From: an uncultured bacterium
Lineage (GTDB): Bacteria > Verrucomicrobiota > Verrucomicrobiia > Verrucomicrobiales > DEV007
Length of the DNA: 50,478 bases
Assembly (NCBI GenBank): GCA_963977015.1
Contig: CAXBMO010000035.1
Coordinates: 1 to 50,478 of the forward strand
Direction: 5' to 3'
The notes under the pieces are model-generated. The model worked only from the letters and a program-made list of their open reading frames with translations, ran no database searches and was not told the origin of the DNA. This document shows positions 21,381-31,073 of this stretch, one piece after another. The position numbers and the translations under genes were made by a program. Each line of letters opens with the position of its first letter. Positions within the stretch are counted from its first letter, which is position 1.

Positions 21381-23024
21381 ATGAAATTATTAGCATCCTA
21401 TCTCTCACTACTCTTGTTTGCATCAGGTGCGCTCGCCGCCGAGAAGCCTAACATTCTCCTCATCTTCGCTGACGACATGGGGATTGATTCGGTGAGCGCC
21501 TTCAACGACAAACTCGGATTTGAGACACCGCACCTCGATCGACTGGCGGATCAAGGTATGTCTTTCATGGACGCACACACGACGTCGGCTGTGTGCTCGC
21601 CATCGCGATACGGCCTGCTGACCGGTCGCTACAATTGGCGTTCGAGATTGAAGCGTGGCATTGTCGGCAAATGGGAGCGTCCTCTTATTGAAGAGGGAAG
21701 ATTGACGCTTCCCTCTATGTTGAAACAGCATGGTTATGATGCGGGCATGATCGGCAAGTGGCATCTCGGCCATCACTGGCCCAAACGAGGAGGCGGAACG
21801 ACGGCGAACGAGGACGAGATTGATTTTGACGGCCGCATCACCGGGGGGCCAAACAGTATCGGCTTCGATTCCTGGTTCGGTGATGATATCCCGAACTGGC
21901 CTCCCTACGCATGGCGCGAAAACGAAACTTTGCTCGGTCCCATCACGACAACGGCCAAGGATTTGGGACTGAAAGGAGTCACTAACGGGCCTGCCGTCGC
22001 CGACTGGAATCTCGAAGCGGTGCTTCCCGAATATGTGAAACGTTGCTCCGAGTATCTGCTGGGTCGCAAGGGCAACGATGATCCGTTTTTCCTCTATTTC
22101 TCGATGCCTTCGCCACACACGCCCATCGTGCCAAACGCCGAATGGAAAGGGAAAAGCGGCATCAGTGACTACGCAGACTTTGTTCTCGAAACTGACTGGG
22201 CGATCGGAGAAGTACTAGAGGCGCTCGATGAGAGCGGCCATGCCGACAATACGCTCGTTCTGTTTACCACCGACAACGGCACCTCAACCGCGGCGGGGTT
22301 TAAACAGTTGGAAAGCAAGGGAGTCAATCTGAGAGCCAACTGGCGTGGTAACAAGGCGGATGCTTTCGAAGGCGGGCACAGGGTGCCGTTTATTGTGCGC
22401 TGGCCGGAGAAAGTCGAAGCCGGAACCCGCAGCGACGAATTGATCTCCGTCGCCGATATCCTTGCAACCTGTGCCGAGGTAATCGGGCATGAGTTGGCGG
22501 ACAATGCAGCCGAAGACAGTGTCAGTTTCCTCCCCGTTCTCCATGGCGAAACCCTCGAAACTCCTTTGCACGATGCGGTCGTCTGTCATTCCATCTCAGG
22601 ACATTTTGCGCTCCGGTCGGGCAAGTGGAAAATCTTGTATTGCCAGGGTTCAGGCGGCTGGAGCGCTCCAAAAGAAAATATCGCAGCGAAACAAAACCTG
22701 CCCCAAATCCAACTCTATGATCTCGAGGCCGACCCGAAAGAAACCACGAACATCTACGAAAAACATCCCGAAGTGGTTTCCGGTCTGACCGCAATTCTGC
22801 GGCGCTACGTGGAGAACGGTCGCAGCACCCCGGGCGTGCGGCCGCAGAATCACGGTGGCGAGATCCACTGGGACCATCTTCCATGGGAAAAGAACACTCC
22901 GGCCTCCGCTCAGCGGAATGCGATGCAGAAAGCTCCTGCCGGTTCGCAAGCGTCCTCCAGCCGGACCGTGGATGTCGGTGCGACAATATTGTTCGCGCTT
23001 CGCAGGGGAGGGGAGAGGCGGTGA
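21381..23024 (+). CDS. Secreted Cys-type arylsulfatase
   Basis: Signal peptide from ATG 21381, KPNILLIFADDMG, CSPSRYGLLTGRYNWR, GKWHLG, PHTPIVP, TTDNG, EGGHRVPF, QLYDLEADPKE. Confidence 0.95.
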   Translation: MKLLASYLSLLLFASGALAAEKPNILLIFADDMGIDSVSAFNDKLGFETPHLDRLADQGMSFMDAHTTSAVCSPSRYGLLTGRYNWRSRLKRGIVGKWERPLIEEGRLTLPSMLKQHGYDAGMIGKWHLGHHWPKRGGGTTANEDEIDFDGRITGGPNSIGFDSWFGDDIPNWPPYAWRENETLLGPITTTAKDLGLKGVTNGPAVADWNLEAVLPEYVKRCSEYLLGRKGNDDPFFLYFSMPSPHTPIVPNAEWKGKSGISDYADFVLETDWAIGEVLEALDESGHADNTLVLFTTDNGTSTAAGFKQLESKGVNLRANWRGNKADAFEGGHRVPFIVRWPEKVEAGTRSDELISVADILATCAEVIGHELADNAAEDSVSFLPVLHGETLETPLHDAVVCHSISGHFALRSGKWKILYCQGSGGWSAPKENIAAKQNLPQIQLYDLEADPKETTNIYEKHPEVVSGLTAILRRYVENGRSTPGVRPQNHGGEIHWDHLPWEKNTPASAQRNAMQKAPAGSQASSSRTVDVGATILFALRRGGERR

Positions 23025-23057
23025 ACTGGAGCTTCAAGGCAGCAAATCAACGACGAC

Positions 23058-25997
23058 ATGATTAGTAAATTTCTCATCAACCACCGGCTCTTGGGCGGCT
23101 CCGTCAGGATGACCGCGGCGGCGCTTCTTTGGCTGGCCGCTAAAGCCTCTATCGCCGCTGAAGTCGATTTTGCCCGTGACATCCGTCCGATCCTCAACGC
23201 CAAGTGCACCGAGTGCCACGGCGGGGTCAAGGCCGCAGGCGACGTGTCTTTCATCTATCAGGAGCAAGTAATCAACTTCGAAGGCGACTCCGGTTATCCG
23301 GTGGTCAAGCCCGGCGACACCAAGGAGTCGGAACTTTTCTACCGCATCACCACCGATGATCCCGACGAGGCGATGCCACCCCCAAAGGATCACCCGCCCT
23401 TGTCGAAGCAGGAGATCGCGCTGATCAAGCAGTGGATCGAGGAGGGTGCCGAGTGGAGCGACCACTGGGCTTTCGTGACGCCGCGCCGTCCTCAGGTGCC
23501 GACGACGAAATTCGAAGCGAGTGCCAACAACGACATCGACCGATTTCTTTTCCACCGTCTTGAACAGAAAGGCTGGCAACCGGGCCCCGCGGATACCCCC
23601 GGTCGCCTGCTGCGGCGCCTGCACTTGGCACTGACGGGACTGCCGCCGTCGCTGGAAGAAATCGACGCATTTCAAAAAAGCCACGCCACCGGAGCCGACG
23701 CCGCTCTCGAAGCGGTGGTCGATGACCTGCTGACCCGGCCCGCTTTCGGCGAACGCTGGGCGGCGATGTGGCTCGACCTGGTGCGCTACGCTGATTCCGG
23801 AGGACTGGGCCAGGATCAAAGACGCACGATATGGGCATACCGCGACTGGGTGGTTCGCGCCTTCAACAACGACCTGCCCTTCGATCAGTTCACTATCCAA
23901 CAACTCGCCGGCGATCTGATGCCCGAAGCGGGAATCGACGAACTGGTCGCTACTGCCTGCCAGCGCAACACCCAAACCAACAATGAGGGCGGCACCGACG
24001 ATGAGACCTTCCGCATGGAGGCGGTCATCGATCGGGTCAATACCACGTGGCAAACCTGGGGATCGGTCACCTTCGGCTGCGTGCAGTGCCACGACCATCC
24101 CTACGATCCAATTCGCATGACCGAGTACTACCAGTTCATGGATTTCTTCAATAACTCGGCTGACTCTGATTTGCCCAATGAAGCGCCCGTGCTGCGGGTG
24201 CCGGACGATCCATCCCGCTACGCGGAGGCGGATCAACTAAGCCGCGAAATTTTAACGACCAAGCGCAAGATTTGGAACCTTGGCAGTGAACTCAAGGCCG
24301 ATACGAAATGGCGTCCCGTCGAGGAAATGACGGTCAGTTCCCAGAACGGCACGCGCTATGCCGTCGAAAAGTCGGTGACCGAAGTCGGTGCCGAGTTCCA
24401 CACCGTCGGCACGGTGCAGGCGAAAACCCATACCCGTATCGAGGTGCCGGCGACAGCCCTCGGCAGCAAGGTCGTCACTGCCCTGAGGCTCAGCGTTCTG
24501 CCCCTCGACCCGGAAGCTGCGCGCAGTGATCCCGAATGGGGATTCGTCATCGAAAAGACCGAACTGAACCTAGTGGACGACAATGGCAAAAAGACGCCGG
24601 TGGGGCTGCGCCACAGCGTGCCCGACGTGCCGTGGATGCCGACTGATCCCTGGGGCATGATCGGTGCCGACGGCAGGAGATGGGGGGCCGATTCGCGTAT
24701 CCATCATCAGCGTGATCTGGTGCTGGTGCCCGCCACGCCGGTCAGCGTTCCCGAGGGCGGCAAACTGGAGCTGTATTTCAATTGCAACAAGAGCGGCCAC
24801 GGTCACCCGATGGTGATGAAACGTGGTCGCCTCGCCACCAGCACCGACTCGCGCTGGACTCAACTGGTCGCGACGGACGGCGAAGTCCTCCAGCTCGTGA
24901 AGCAGACAGGTGCGACTGTAAAGAAGCTCAAGCAGATTCCCGGCACCACGGTGCCGATCCTGCAGAAACGGCAGCAGGCGATTGCCCGGCCGACCCACCT
25001 TTTTGCCCGCGGCAATATGCTCGAGAAGGAAGACCTGGTCTCCGCCGGATTGCCCGCCTCGCTCACTGCTGTCGCGCCGATGCCCGGGCGGGAACGCAAC
25101 GGAAACTCCCGACCCGACCGCCTCGCCATGGCGCGTTGGTGGGTTTCCGAAACCCATCCGCTGACGGCGCGGGTATTCGTCAATCGCCTGTGGGAGCAAC
25201 TGTTCGGCGTCGGTATTGTTCCGACCCTGGAGGACTTCGGCTCGTCCGGGGAAAAGCCGACCCATCCCGAACTGCTTGACCACTTGGCGTTACGTTTCCA
25301 GAAAGACTATGCCTGGAACACCAAAGCGATTGTCCGCGAGATGGTGCTCAGCCATGCCTTTTGCCAATCAAATCGCATTTCCCCGGAGCTGGCCGAAGCC
25401 GATCCCGATAATCGCTATCTGGCCCGCGGTCCGCGGCTGCGGCTCACTGCCGAGCAGGTCCGCGACCAGGCACTGGCACTGTCAGGTCTGCTGTCGCCGA
25501 AAATCGGTGGCCCGCCGGTGCATCCTCCGATACCCGAAGGCGTGTGGCGTCCTTTCGAGGCAGGCGACAAGTGGAACACGCCCGAAACCGGCGACCAAAA
25601 TCGCTACCGACGTTCGATTTATACCTATTTGAAGCGCTCCATCCCGTATCCTGTCTTCGCCACTTTTGACGCCCCCTCGCGGGAGTTCTGCACCCCGCGT
25701 CGCCTGAAGTCAAACACCCCGCTGCAGGCCCTGGTAACACTCAACGACGCGGCATTTGTTGAATGCGCCGAGGAGCTTGGCAAGCGCATTGGCGGCGACG
25801 AATTTTCCGGCACCACCGCCGAACGCCTCGCCCGTGCTCACCTGCTCGCCACCGGTCGGCTTCCCGGTGACAAGCGACTTGGCGAGTTGACCGCGCTTTA
25901 CGACAGCGCCCACCAATCAAAGCAGGGAGACACCGCTGCCGCCTGGACGGTGATCGCACAAGTGCTCCTCAATCTCGACGAAACCCTTACCTACTGA
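23058..25997 (+). CDS. PSD1/DUF1549/Planctomycete cytochrome c protein
   Basis: VDFARDIRPILNAKCTECHGGVK, WLDLVRYADS, CVQCHDHPYDP, ARVFVNRLWEQLFG, PTHPELLDHLA, SNTPLQAL, LLNLDE. Start could be 23109. Confidence 0.93.
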   Translation: MISKFLINHRLLGGSVRMTAAALLWLAAKASIAAEVDFARDIRPILNAKCTECHGGVKAAGDVSFIYQEQVINFEGDSGYPVVKPGDTKESELFYRITTDDPDEAMPPPKDHPPLSKQEIALIKQWIEEGAEWSDHWAFVTPRRPQVPTTKFEASANNDIDRFLFHRLEQKGWQPGPADTPGRLLRRLHLALTGLPPSLEEIDAFQKSHATGADAALEAVVDDLLTRPAFGERWAAMWLDLVRYADSGGLGQDQRRTIWAYRDWVVRAFNNDLPFDQFTIQQLAGDLMPEAGIDELVATACQRNTQTNNEGGTDDETFRMEAVIDRVNTTWQTWGSVTFGCVQCHDHPYDPIRMTEYYQFMDFFNNSADSDLPNEAPVLRVPDDPSRYAEADQLSREILTTKRKIWNLGSELKADTKWRPVEEMTVSSQNGTRYAVEKSVTEVGAEFHTVGTVQAKTHTRIEVPATALGSKVVTALRLSVLPLDPEAARSDPEWGFVIEKTELNLVDDNGKKTPVGLRHSVPDVPWMPTDPWGMIGADGRRWGADSRIHHQRDLVLVPATPVSVPEGGKLELYFNCNKSGHGHPMVMKRGRLATSTDSRWTQLVATDGEVLQLVKQTGATVKKLKQIPGTTVPILQKRQQAIARPTHLFARGNMLEKEDLVSAGLPASLTAVAPMPGRERNGNSRPDRLAMARWWVSETHPLTARVFVNRLWEQLFGVGIVPTLEDFGSSGEKPTHPELLDHLALRFQKDYAWNTKAIVREMVLSHAFCQSNRISPELAEADPDNRYLARGPRLRLTAEQVRDQALALSGLLSPKIGGPPVHPPIPEGVWRPFEAGDKWNTPETGDQNRYRRSIYTYLKRSIPYPVFATFDAPSREFCTPRRLKSNTPLQALVTLNDAAFVECAEELGKRIGGDEFSGTTAERLARAHLLATGRLPGDKRLGELTALYDSAHQSKQGDTAAAWTVIAQVLLNLDETLTY

Positions 25998-26002
25998 TCG
26001 CC

Positions 26003-27511
26003 ATGAATCTCGAAACGCTTCACAGTGAACTGCAACGGCAAAGTCTGCAGCGCGACACACGACGCCAGTTTCTGTCTCACTGCACCACCGGTCTTGGTGC
26101 TCTGTTTCTCGCCGGTCAGGCGGGCAAAGGCATCGCCGCCGATAAGGCCCACGGCATCCTGCACGGGCGTCCCCAGCACGATCCGGCGAATCCCTTGAAC
26201 GCACTTGAGCCGCATTTTCCCGGTCGCGCCAAACGCGTCATCTACCTGCACATGATCGGGGCACCGAGCCAATTGGAGCTGTTCGACTACAAGCCGGATC
26301 TGAAAAAACTCGACGGCCAGCCCTGCCCGCAATCGTTTCTCGAAGGCAAAAATTTCGCCTTCATTCAAGGCACCCCGAACATGCTGGGGCCGCAATTCCC
26401 CTTTCAGCAGCACGGCGAATCCGGCGCCTGGGTTTCCGATCGACTGCCGCATTTCGCCAAAGTCGCCGACAAGGTATCGTTCATCAAAACGCTGCAAACG
26501 GACCAGTTTAACCACGGGCCGGCGCAGTTGATGGTTCACTCCGGAAATGCCCGGATCGGCTATCCATCGATCGGGTCCTGGACGACCTGGGGAATGGGAA
26601 CCGAAAACGCCGACCTGCCGGGATTTGTCGTCCTGCTCTCCGGTGGTCGTCAGCCGCGTGTCGGCAAAGCGCTGTGGGGTTCCGGGTTTCTCCCTTCGGT
26701 TTATCAAGGGGTGCAGTGCCGGTCGAAAGGAGATCCGGTGCTCAATGTTTCCAACCCGAAATCGATTTCACGAGACCTTCGACGCACGACGCTTGATACG
26801 CTCAACACCCTCAACCGGGACAGCTACGACGAATTCGGGGATCCTGAAACCCTGACCCGGATTGCCCAGTACGAAATGGCCTTTCGCATGCAGTCCGCCG
26901 TGCCCGATGCAATGAGCATCGAGGATGAGCCGGAACACATCCACAAACTCTACGGCACCAGCCCGGGCAAAGAAAGTTTTGCCAACAATTGCCTCCTCGC
27001 GCGGCGCCTGGTCGAACGCGGGGTCCGCTATGTGCAATTGTTCGACTGGGGCTGGGATTCTCACGGATCATCCGCCAGCGAAGCCTTGAACGATGGCTTT
27101 AAGAAAAAATGCCAGCAGACTGACCAGCCGATGGCGGCTCTGCTTAACGATCTCGATGAACGAGGCATGCTGGAGGACACTCTGGTCGTGTGGAGCGGTG
27201 AATTCGGTCGCACTCCGATGCGGGAAAACCGTGGCGGCAAAGAAATGAAACTGGTTGGCCGCGACCACAATCCCGGCGCTTTCACGGCGTGGCTGGCCGG
27301 CGGCGGAATCAAGCCCGGCATCAGCTACGGCGAGACCGACGAAGTTGGCTACGGAGCCGCGATCAATCCGGTTCCGTTGCGCGATTTGCACGCCACCATA
27401 CTGCATCAATTGGGATTCAATCACAAACGTCTCAACTTCCCCTTTCAGGGACTCAACCAGCGTCTCACCGGCGTGAAATCCGCCAGCGTTATCAAAGACC
27501 TGATCGGCTGA
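26003..27511 (+). CDS. DUF1501 family protein (Tat-exported)
   Basis: TRRQFL, AKRVIYLHMIGAPSQLELFDYKP, CLLARRLVERGVR, WDSHG, GEFGRTP, GRDHNP. Confidence 0.95.
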   Translation: MNLETLHSELQRQSLQRDTRRQFLSHCTTGLGALFLAGQAGKGIAADKAHGILHGRPQHDPANPLNALEPHFPGRAKRVIYLHMIGAPSQLELFDYKPDLKKLDGQPCPQSFLEGKNFAFIQGTPNMLGPQFPFQQHGESGAWVSDRLPHFAKVADKVSFIKTLQTDQFNHGPAQLMVHSGNARIGYPSIGSWTTWGMGTENADLPGFVVLLSGGRQPRVGKALWGSGFLPSVYQGVQCRSKGDPVLNVSNPKSISRDLRRTTLDTLNTLNRDSYDEFGDPETLTRIAQYEMAFRMQSAVPDAMSIEDEPEHIHKLYGTSPGKESFANNCLLARRLVERGVRYVQLFDWGWDSHGSSASEALNDGFKKKCQQTDQPMAALLNDLDERGMLEDTLVVWSGEFGRTPMRENRGGKEMKLVGRDHNPGAFTAWLAGGGIKPGISYGETDEVGYGAAINPVPLRDLHATILHQLGFNHKRLNFPFQGLNQRLTGVKSASVIKDLIG

Positions 27512-27556
27512 TTGTTTTCCCGAATACCTCTGTTTTCCCACCATATTCGCAACGCC

Positions 27557-29047
27557 ATGAAATTCGATGAAACTCCCCGGCCTACCACCAATCCGATTCT
27601 GGACTGCCAACTGCTGCAAAACCGTCGTCACTTTTTCGGCAGCGCCGCCAAGGGAATCGGCGTCGCCGCGCTGTCCTCCCTCCTCGGCCGCGACGCGCTG
27701 GCCGCACCCGTTAAAACTTCCAGATCCGGGGGAACGCTCGACTCACTGCACTTTCCCGCGAAGGCGAAACGCATTATCTACCTTTTCCAAAGCGGGGCAC
27801 CTTCGCAGCAGGATCTCTTCGATCACAAGCCGCTGTTGCAAAAGCACTTCGGCGAGGACATGCGCGATCACTTTGAGATGACGCAACGGATTACCGGCAT
27901 GACCGCCGGGCAATCCAGCTTTCCCCTCGCAGGGACAAAATACGAATTTCGGAAACACGGTCAGAGTGGCATGGAGATCAGCGAGCTACTGCCACATATC
28001 TCCGGGATCGCCGACGATATCTGTATGATCCGCTCAATGCGCACCGAGGCGATTAACCACGATCCGGCGGTGACTTTTTTCCAAACCGGTCACCAACTCG
28101 CCGGACGCCCCAGCATGGGTGCCTGGCTGTCTTATGGGCTCGGGTCCGCCAATGAGGATCTACCCACCTTCATCAGCATGGTTTCGCGCGGAACCGGAAG
28201 ACCAAACTGCCAACCACTCTACGATCGCCTGTGGGGCAGCGGATTTCTGCCGACCCAGCATGCCGGCGTCAAGTTCATGGGAGTGGGCGATCCGGTGCTC
28301 TACTTGAACAATCCCGACGGTTTCGATGCCGGCGCGCGCCGACGGATGCTCGACGATTTGGCACGGATGAATCAGCGTAGCCTGGAAGAGTTCGGTGATC
28401 CTGAAATCGACACCCGAATCCAGCAATATGAAATGGCCTACCGGATGCAGACCTCGGTGCCCGAACTGACTGATTTTTCCGACGAACCGCAGCACATCCT
28501 CGACATGTACGGCCCGGACGTGCAGAACCGCGGTAGCTACGCCTACAACTGCCTTCTCGCCCGTCGCATGGCCGAACGCGATGTTCGATTTATCCAGCTC
28601 TACCACATGGGCTGGGACCAACACTTCACTCTGCCCAAGCAGCTTCCCGGCCAGTGCCGCGACACCGACCAGCCTTCAGCGGCACTGATCAAGGATCTGA
28701 AACAGCGGGGCCTGCTCGAAGACACCTTGGTGGTGTGGGGAGGCGAATTCGGACGAACCTCCTACTGCCAGGGCACCCTATCACGGGACAACTACGGCCG
28801 CGATCATCACCCGCGTTGCTTTTCCCTCTGGATGGCAGGGGGCGGAGTTCGCCCCGGACTGACCTACGGATCCACCGACGAGTTTTGCTACAACGTCACG
28901 GAAAACCCCGTCCATGTTCACGATCTGCACGCGACGATTTTGCACCAGCTCGGAATTGATCACGAGAAGCTGACCTATTTTTTCCAGGGACGTCACTTCC
29001 GACTCACCGACGTGCACGGACATGTCGTCCGGGATGTTTTGGCATGA
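27557..29047 (+). CDS. DUF1501 family protein (Tat-exported)
   Basis: NRRHFF, AKRIIYLFQSGAPSQQDLFDHKP, CLLARRMAER, WDQH, GEFGRT, GRDHHPRCF, RLTDVHG. ATG at 27557. Confidence 0.95.
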   Translation: MKFDETPRPTTNPILDCQLLQNRRHFFGSAAKGIGVAALSSLLGRDALAAPVKTSRSGGTLDSLHFPAKAKRIIYLFQSGAPSQQDLFDHKPLLQKHFGEDMRDHFEMTQRITGMTAGQSSFPLAGTKYEFRKHGQSGMEISELLPHISGIADDICMIRSMRTEAINHDPAVTFFQTGHQLAGRPSMGAWLSYGLGSANEDLPTFISMVSRGTGRPNCQPLYDRLWGSGFLPTQHAGVKFMGVGDPVLYLNNPDGFDAGARRRMLDDLARMNQRSLEEFGDPEIDTRIQQYEMAYRMQTSVPELTDFSDEPQHILDMYGPDVQNRGSYAYNCLLARRMAERDVRFIQLYHMGWDQHFTLPKQLPGQCRDTDQPSAALIKDLKQRGLLEDTLVVWGGEFGRTSYCQGTLSRDNYGRDHHPRCFSLWMAGGGVRPGLTYGSTDEFCYNVTENPVHVHDLHATILHQLGIDHEKLTYFFQGRHFRLTDVHGHVVRDVLA

Positions 29048-29109
29048 TCGCCTACGAGTAGGGCCTTGCTGTACAACGAAATATCGAGCGCATCCCTTCC
29101 TCCCTTGAT

Positions 29110-29315
29110 TCAGTAAGGAAAATCCGGCTCGGGAATCCGGGTTTCGCGGAAGATGTTTTCGAGACGCTCCACGATCTCCGGATGTTTGGCCGCGAGATCG
29201 TTCGTCTCGGAGCGATCCGCATCGATGGCGTAGAGTTCTCAGTGAGCCGGCTTTTTCGTCAGGACATCCCGCGGCGTACTGCCTTCCACTTGCCCTCACG
29301 AATGGCGAATCTCAT
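29110..29315 (-). pseudogene. Sulfatase pseudogene (C-terminal remnant)
   Basis: Reverse strand reads FAIREGKWKAVRR / frameshift / DVLTKKPAH*ELYAIDADRSETNDLAAKHPEIVERLENIFRETRIPEPDFPY*. This is a canonical sulfatase C-terminus, with TGA at 29239-29241 where W of 'WELY' is expected. Confidence 0.8.
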
Positions 29316-29537
29316 CCCTTCCGCCGCCAACCGGTCCACGTTCGGAATCGGCTGACGTCGAAGAACTGGAAAAGCAAAGGTTGAGTAGAATCAGTGGGAT
29401 TGAAGAAGGACACGAGTGGTCATGGGAATCCCCCATAGACGGTTTTCTTCTTCATCACCAGCAGCCGGTTGATGCACAGGATCGAAAGCAATTGCCTCAT
29501 CTTGTCGACTCCGGCAAGCAAGCTCGACCACGCCGCC

Positions 29538-30284
29538 CTACTCACCCTGCAATTTCTTCAGCGCCGCGATGATGTCTTCCGGTTCGGCCCGGCGACGGTA
29601 GTCGGCGTCGAGGAAGGCGTAGCGAATCACGCCGTCTGTTCCGATCACGTAAGTCGCCGGAAGCGGCAACCGGTCGGCGGCTTTCTCCCCGCTGCGTTCG
29701 ACCAGTTTGAACTTCTCCGCGTAGCGTGCGCGGGTGTCGTCATTGAGTTTGAAAACGAGCCCGTATTGCTCGGCCACCTGGTGATCGATATCGCTGAGAA
29801 CCTCGAAGGGCAGACCCTGTTCCTTGACCGTTTCGGCGGTGGTGTCGGGCAGCTCAGGCGTCAGCGCGACGAGGGTGGCGCCGAGTTCTTTGAAGTCGTC
29901 GTTGTGCTTCGTTAGTGAGGCGAGGGCGATGTTGCAATAAGGACACCAGCCACCGCGATACCAGGTGAGCACCACGGGCCCCTCTTTCAACAGATCGGAA
30001 AGCCGGACCTGGTTGCCGTCGGGATTGCCGAGAGTGAAGTCGGGAGCTTTGTCTCCGACCTTTCGCGCTTGATCGGTGAGTCCCGACGCCTCCAATTCGG
30101 CGAGCGCTTTCTCCTGACTCTGAATGATCTCCGGCGAAGCCTTTTCGAGAAAGGCATCGCGGCGTGCGTCGAGCTGGTCCTGCAGGTCTCCGGCGAGGGT
30201 GGGAAGGGAGGATGTGGTGAGGCCGATGGCGAGAAGGAGTGAGAGGGAGAAGGAGAGCGAAGGGAATGGGGTGGTTGGGTTCAT
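29538..30284 (-). CDS. Peroxiredoxin-like AhpC/TSA family protein with signal peptide
   Basis: VGDKAPDFTL, GPVVLTWYRGGWCPYCN, LVALTPE, LPLPATYVI, DYRRRAEPEDI. Hydrophobic N-terminus. Confidence 0.93.
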   Translation of the reverse strand: MNPTTPFPSLSFSLSLLLAIGLTTSSLPTLAGDLQDQLDARRDAFLEKASPEIIQSQEKALAELEASGLTDQARKVGDKAPDFTLGNPDGNQVRLSDLLKEGPVVLTWYRGGWCPYCNIALASLTKHNDDFKELGATLVALTPELPDTTAETVKEQGLPFEVLSDIDHQVAEQYGLVFKLNDDTRARYAEKFKLVERSGEKAADRLPLPATYVIGTDGVIRYAFLDADYRRRAEPEDIIAALKKLQGE

Positions 30285-30386
30285 GATGGCGGTTAGGAGC
30301 CGGGTGGCGAGTTCAGTGTGATGGCAGGGCGTTGGAAATGCCTACGGCATTCAGAAAGGCACGCGGATTATTTTGATATTTCATTT

Positions 30387-30445
30387 TATCAACGACCGGG
30401 TGCAGCCGCGCCGATCAGGCGTCGGACTGCCACCCATTGTTCGCT
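30387..30445 (-). repeat. attC site (59-base element)
   Basis: Minus strand: AGCGAAC-AATGG-GTGGCAGT-CCGACGCC-TGATC-GGCGCG-GCTGCAC-CCGGTC-GTTGATA = R''(7)/5/L''(8)/stem-loop/L'(7)/6/R'(7), 59 nt in total. Folds into a hairpin with unpaired bases on the R''-L'' arm. Confidence 0.85.
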
Positions 30446-31073
30446 TTTGTTTTTGCTTCCAGGTAGCTGCCCGGCAAAGGCGTGATTTGCTCATTATCAT
30501 GCCAGACAACCGGTTCCGCTTCGAAGTCAACACCCCAATCCACTGGAAGTAAGAAGAACTCACCAATTTCCTCACGATGACAATAGAGTTCCCAGAGACT
30601 CTTTCGTTCAAGATTCTTCGCAACGTTAACATCTAGATTAGAATCTTCTGCGCCTACAAACCAACCCGAATCGCTAGCCTCCTCGGGATCCATTCGATTC
30701 ATAAACCATTGCTCGCATTCATACAAATCCTTGATCACAATCGCACTTTGGCATGCATTGCACCATCCTGGTTCCTCACCGAAGCTATCGGCGACATAAC
30801 GCTGCCGAATCATGAGATTGAGCGCATCTGAACAATCGTCAGAAAATTCCATTGGCATCGACGGATATACTGGAGCTGTGACTTTCTTTCCCCTTTCGTC
30901 ATTCGAAACTTGGAGCCAAATCCACGACATCTGAATTGTATCGTCAACCTTGAACTCCGCGCCCGCGGCGACACTATCTTCGAGGTACGATTTCAACGCT
31001 TCGTAAGCAGGCTCAATTGCATGCGGCGCATAGATTCTCGGCTCTTCCATTCTCCAATATTGTCTAAAGCGAA
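30393..31073 (-). mobile_element. Solitary integron gene cassette (no integrase in window)
   Basis: A single gene with only ~23 nt of leader, bounded by G|TTCGCT (31074-31068) upstream and attC downstream. Upstream GTTCGCTTT is exactly complementary to AAAGCGAAC at R''. Visibly AT-richer than its flanks. Confidence 0.82.
30415..31050 (-). CDS. Imm33-like (DUF2185-related) immunity-type protein, cassette cargo
   Basis: GGAGA directly before the ATG. Motifs MNRMDPEEASDSGWFVGAED and SLWELY...FFLLPVDWGV resemble Imm33/DUF2185. The stop codon lies in the attC loop. Confidence 0.65.
   Translation of the reverse strand: MEEPRIYAPHAIEPAYEALKSYLEDSVAAGAEFKVDDTIQMSWIWLQVSNDERGKKVTAPVYPSMPMEFSDDCSDALNLMIRQRYVADSFGEEPGWCNACQSAIVIKDLYECEQWFMNRMDPEEASDSGWFVGAEDSNLDVNVAKNLERKSLWELYCHREEIGEFFLLPVDWGVDFEAEPVVWHDNEQITPLPGSYLEAKTKANNGWQSDA

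Noticed and set aside
22900-23024. C-terminal tail of the 21381 sulfatase as a possible sorting signal (...ILFALRRGGERR)
   Set aside because: No PEP motif and the hydrophobic stretch is too short for PEP-CTERM. More likely read-through into junction sequence.
30337-30351. Small hairpin aatgcc-tac-ggcatt
   Set aside because: Only a 6-bp stem, no U-tract and no second copy seen.
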